This document shows positions 62,301-64,000 of a stretch of DNA of 64,000 nt, in pieces. The notes beneath the pieces were generated by a model. The model was given only the letters and a program-made list of their open reading frames with translations, was not told where the DNA came from and made no database searches. This DNA comes from Eledone cirrhosa (taxonomy: Eukaryota). A program made the position numbers and the translations under genes. The DNA lies in the NCBI GenBank assembly GCA_964016885.1, contig OZ024740.1:425444001-425508000 (forward strand). The letters run 5' to 3'. The first letter of the stretch is position 1. Every line of letters starts with the position of its first letter.

Positions 62301-64000
62301 GTAACACAGTGACCACCGACACCCAAGGTACACTGAGAAGTACCAGGTAACACAGTGACCACTGACAACCAAGGTACACTGAGAAGTACCAGGTAACACA
62401 CTGAACACTGACACCCAAGGTACACTGAGAAGTACCAGGTAACACAGTGACCACTGACAACCAAGGTACACTGAGAAGTACCAGGTAACACAGTGACCAC
62501 TGACAACCAAGGTACACTGAGAAGTACCAGGTAACACAGTGACCACTGACACCCAAGTTACACTGAGAAGTACCAGGTAACACAGTGACCACTGACACCC
62601 AAGGTACACTAAGAAGTACCAGGTAACACAGTGACCACTGACAACCAAGGTACAGTGAGAAGTACCAGGTAACACAGTGACCACTGACACCCAAGTTACA
62701 CTGAGAAGTACCAGGTAACACAGTGACCACTGACACCCAAGGTACAGAGAGAAGTACCAGGTAACACAGTGACCACTGACAACCAAGGTACACTGAGAAG
62801 TACCAGGTAACACAGTGACCACTGACACCCAAGTTACACTGAGAAGTACCAGGTAACACAGTGACCACTGACACCCAAGGTACACTCAGTAGTACCAGGT
62901 AACACAGTGACTAATGACACCCAAGGTACAGGGAGAAGTACCAGGTAACACAATGACCACTGACACCCAAGGTACACTGAGAAGTACCAGGTAACACAGT
63001 GACCACTGACACCCAAGGTACACTGAGAAGTACCAGGTAACACAGTGACCACTAACAACCAAGGTACAGTGAGAGGTACCAGGTAACACAGTGACCACTG
63101 ACACCCAAGGTACAGTGAGAAGTACCAGGTAACTCAGTGACTAATGACACCCAAGGTACACTGAGAAGTACCAGGTAACACAGTGACCACTGACACCCAA
63201 GGTACAGTGAGAAGTACCAGGTAACACAGTGACCACTGACACCCAAGGTACACTCAGTAGTACCAGGTAACACAGTGACTAATGACACCCAAGGTACAGT
63301 GAGAAGTACCAGGTAACACACTGACTACTGACAACCAAGGTACACTCAGAAGTACCAGGTAACACAGTGACCACTGACACCCAAGTTACACTGAGAAGTA
63401 CCAGGTAACACAGTGACCACTGACACCCAAGGTACAGGGAGAAGTACCAGGTAACACAGTGACCACTGACACCCAAGGTACAGAGAGAAGTACCAGGTAA
63501 CACAGTGACCACTGACACCCAAGATACAGTGAGAAGTACCAGGTAACACAGTGACCACTGACACCCAAGTTACACTGAGAAGTACCAGGTAACACAGTGA
63601 CCACTGACACCCAAGGTACACTCAGTAGTACCAGGTAACACAGTGACTAATGACACCCAAGGTACAGGGAGAAGTACCAGGTAACACAATGACCACTGAC
63701 AACCAAGGTACACTGAGAAGTACCAGGTAACACAGTGACCACTGACACCCAAGGTACACTGAGAAGTACCAGGTAACACAGTGACCACTAACAACCAAGG
63801 TACAGTGAGAAGTACCAGGTAACACAGTGACCACTGACACCCAAGGTACAGCGAGAAGTACCAGGCAACACAGTGACCACTGACAACCAAGGTACACTGA
63901 GAAGTACCAGGTAACACAGTGACCACTGACACCCAAGGTACACTGAGAAGTACCAGGTAACACAGTGACCACTGACACCAAAGGTACACTGAGAAGTACC
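44336..64000. repeat. 46-bp tandem satellite (~427 units in window, continues past the end); consensus GTACACTGAGAAGTACCAGGTAACACAGTGACCACTGACACCCAAG
   Basis: Direct reading; higher-order duplications of 7, 14, 16, 32 and 68 monomers. Confidence 0.99.

Noticed and set aside
43990-63989. Dozens of long minus-strand ORFs (up to 1474 aa) of VSVVTVLPGTSQCTLG... repeats
   Set aside because: The 46-bp monomer has no stop on the minus strand, so all three frames give the same 46-aa cycle; variants introduce stops at random. This is an artefact.
44336-64000. CRISPR-like regular array
   Set aside because: Units are contiguous with no unique spacers, there are no cas genes, and the context is eukaryotic.

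Overview
Eukaryotic (animal) repeat-dense DNA with no recognisable host gene. The SINEs resemble octopod cephalopod SINEs from memory, so the taxon is only an inference. Bases 1-39.8 kb hold a cluster of L1-superfamily, Tx1-like non-LTR retrotransposons (ORF1 with a CCHC knuckle; ORF2 with APE endonuclease, RT and a C-terminal Cys motif), all frameshifted. They are chained head-to-tail through (ATT)n or (ATCT)n microsatellites and mixed with tRNA-derived SINEs, R4/Dong-like relics and a ~6.2 kb triplet-built minisatellite (8.6-14.9 kb). From ~44.3 kb to the end is a 46-bp tandem satellite with nested higher-order repeats. The most notable observations are: (1) apparent microsatellite targeting by Tx1-like families, with two different target repeats and a shared 3' terminus that lacks poly(A); (2) a 5' splice-donor consensus at the ORF1 stop in all five copies that retain that junction, which is also where two copies switch from divergent ORF1 to near-identical ORF2; (3) the 46-bp satellite starts ~30 nt after the stop codon of an R4/Dong relic and may be an amplified 3'UTR stem-loop; (4) RFX X-box motifs near element 5' ends. 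The very long ORFs over the two satellites are treated as artefacts of stop-free monomers.
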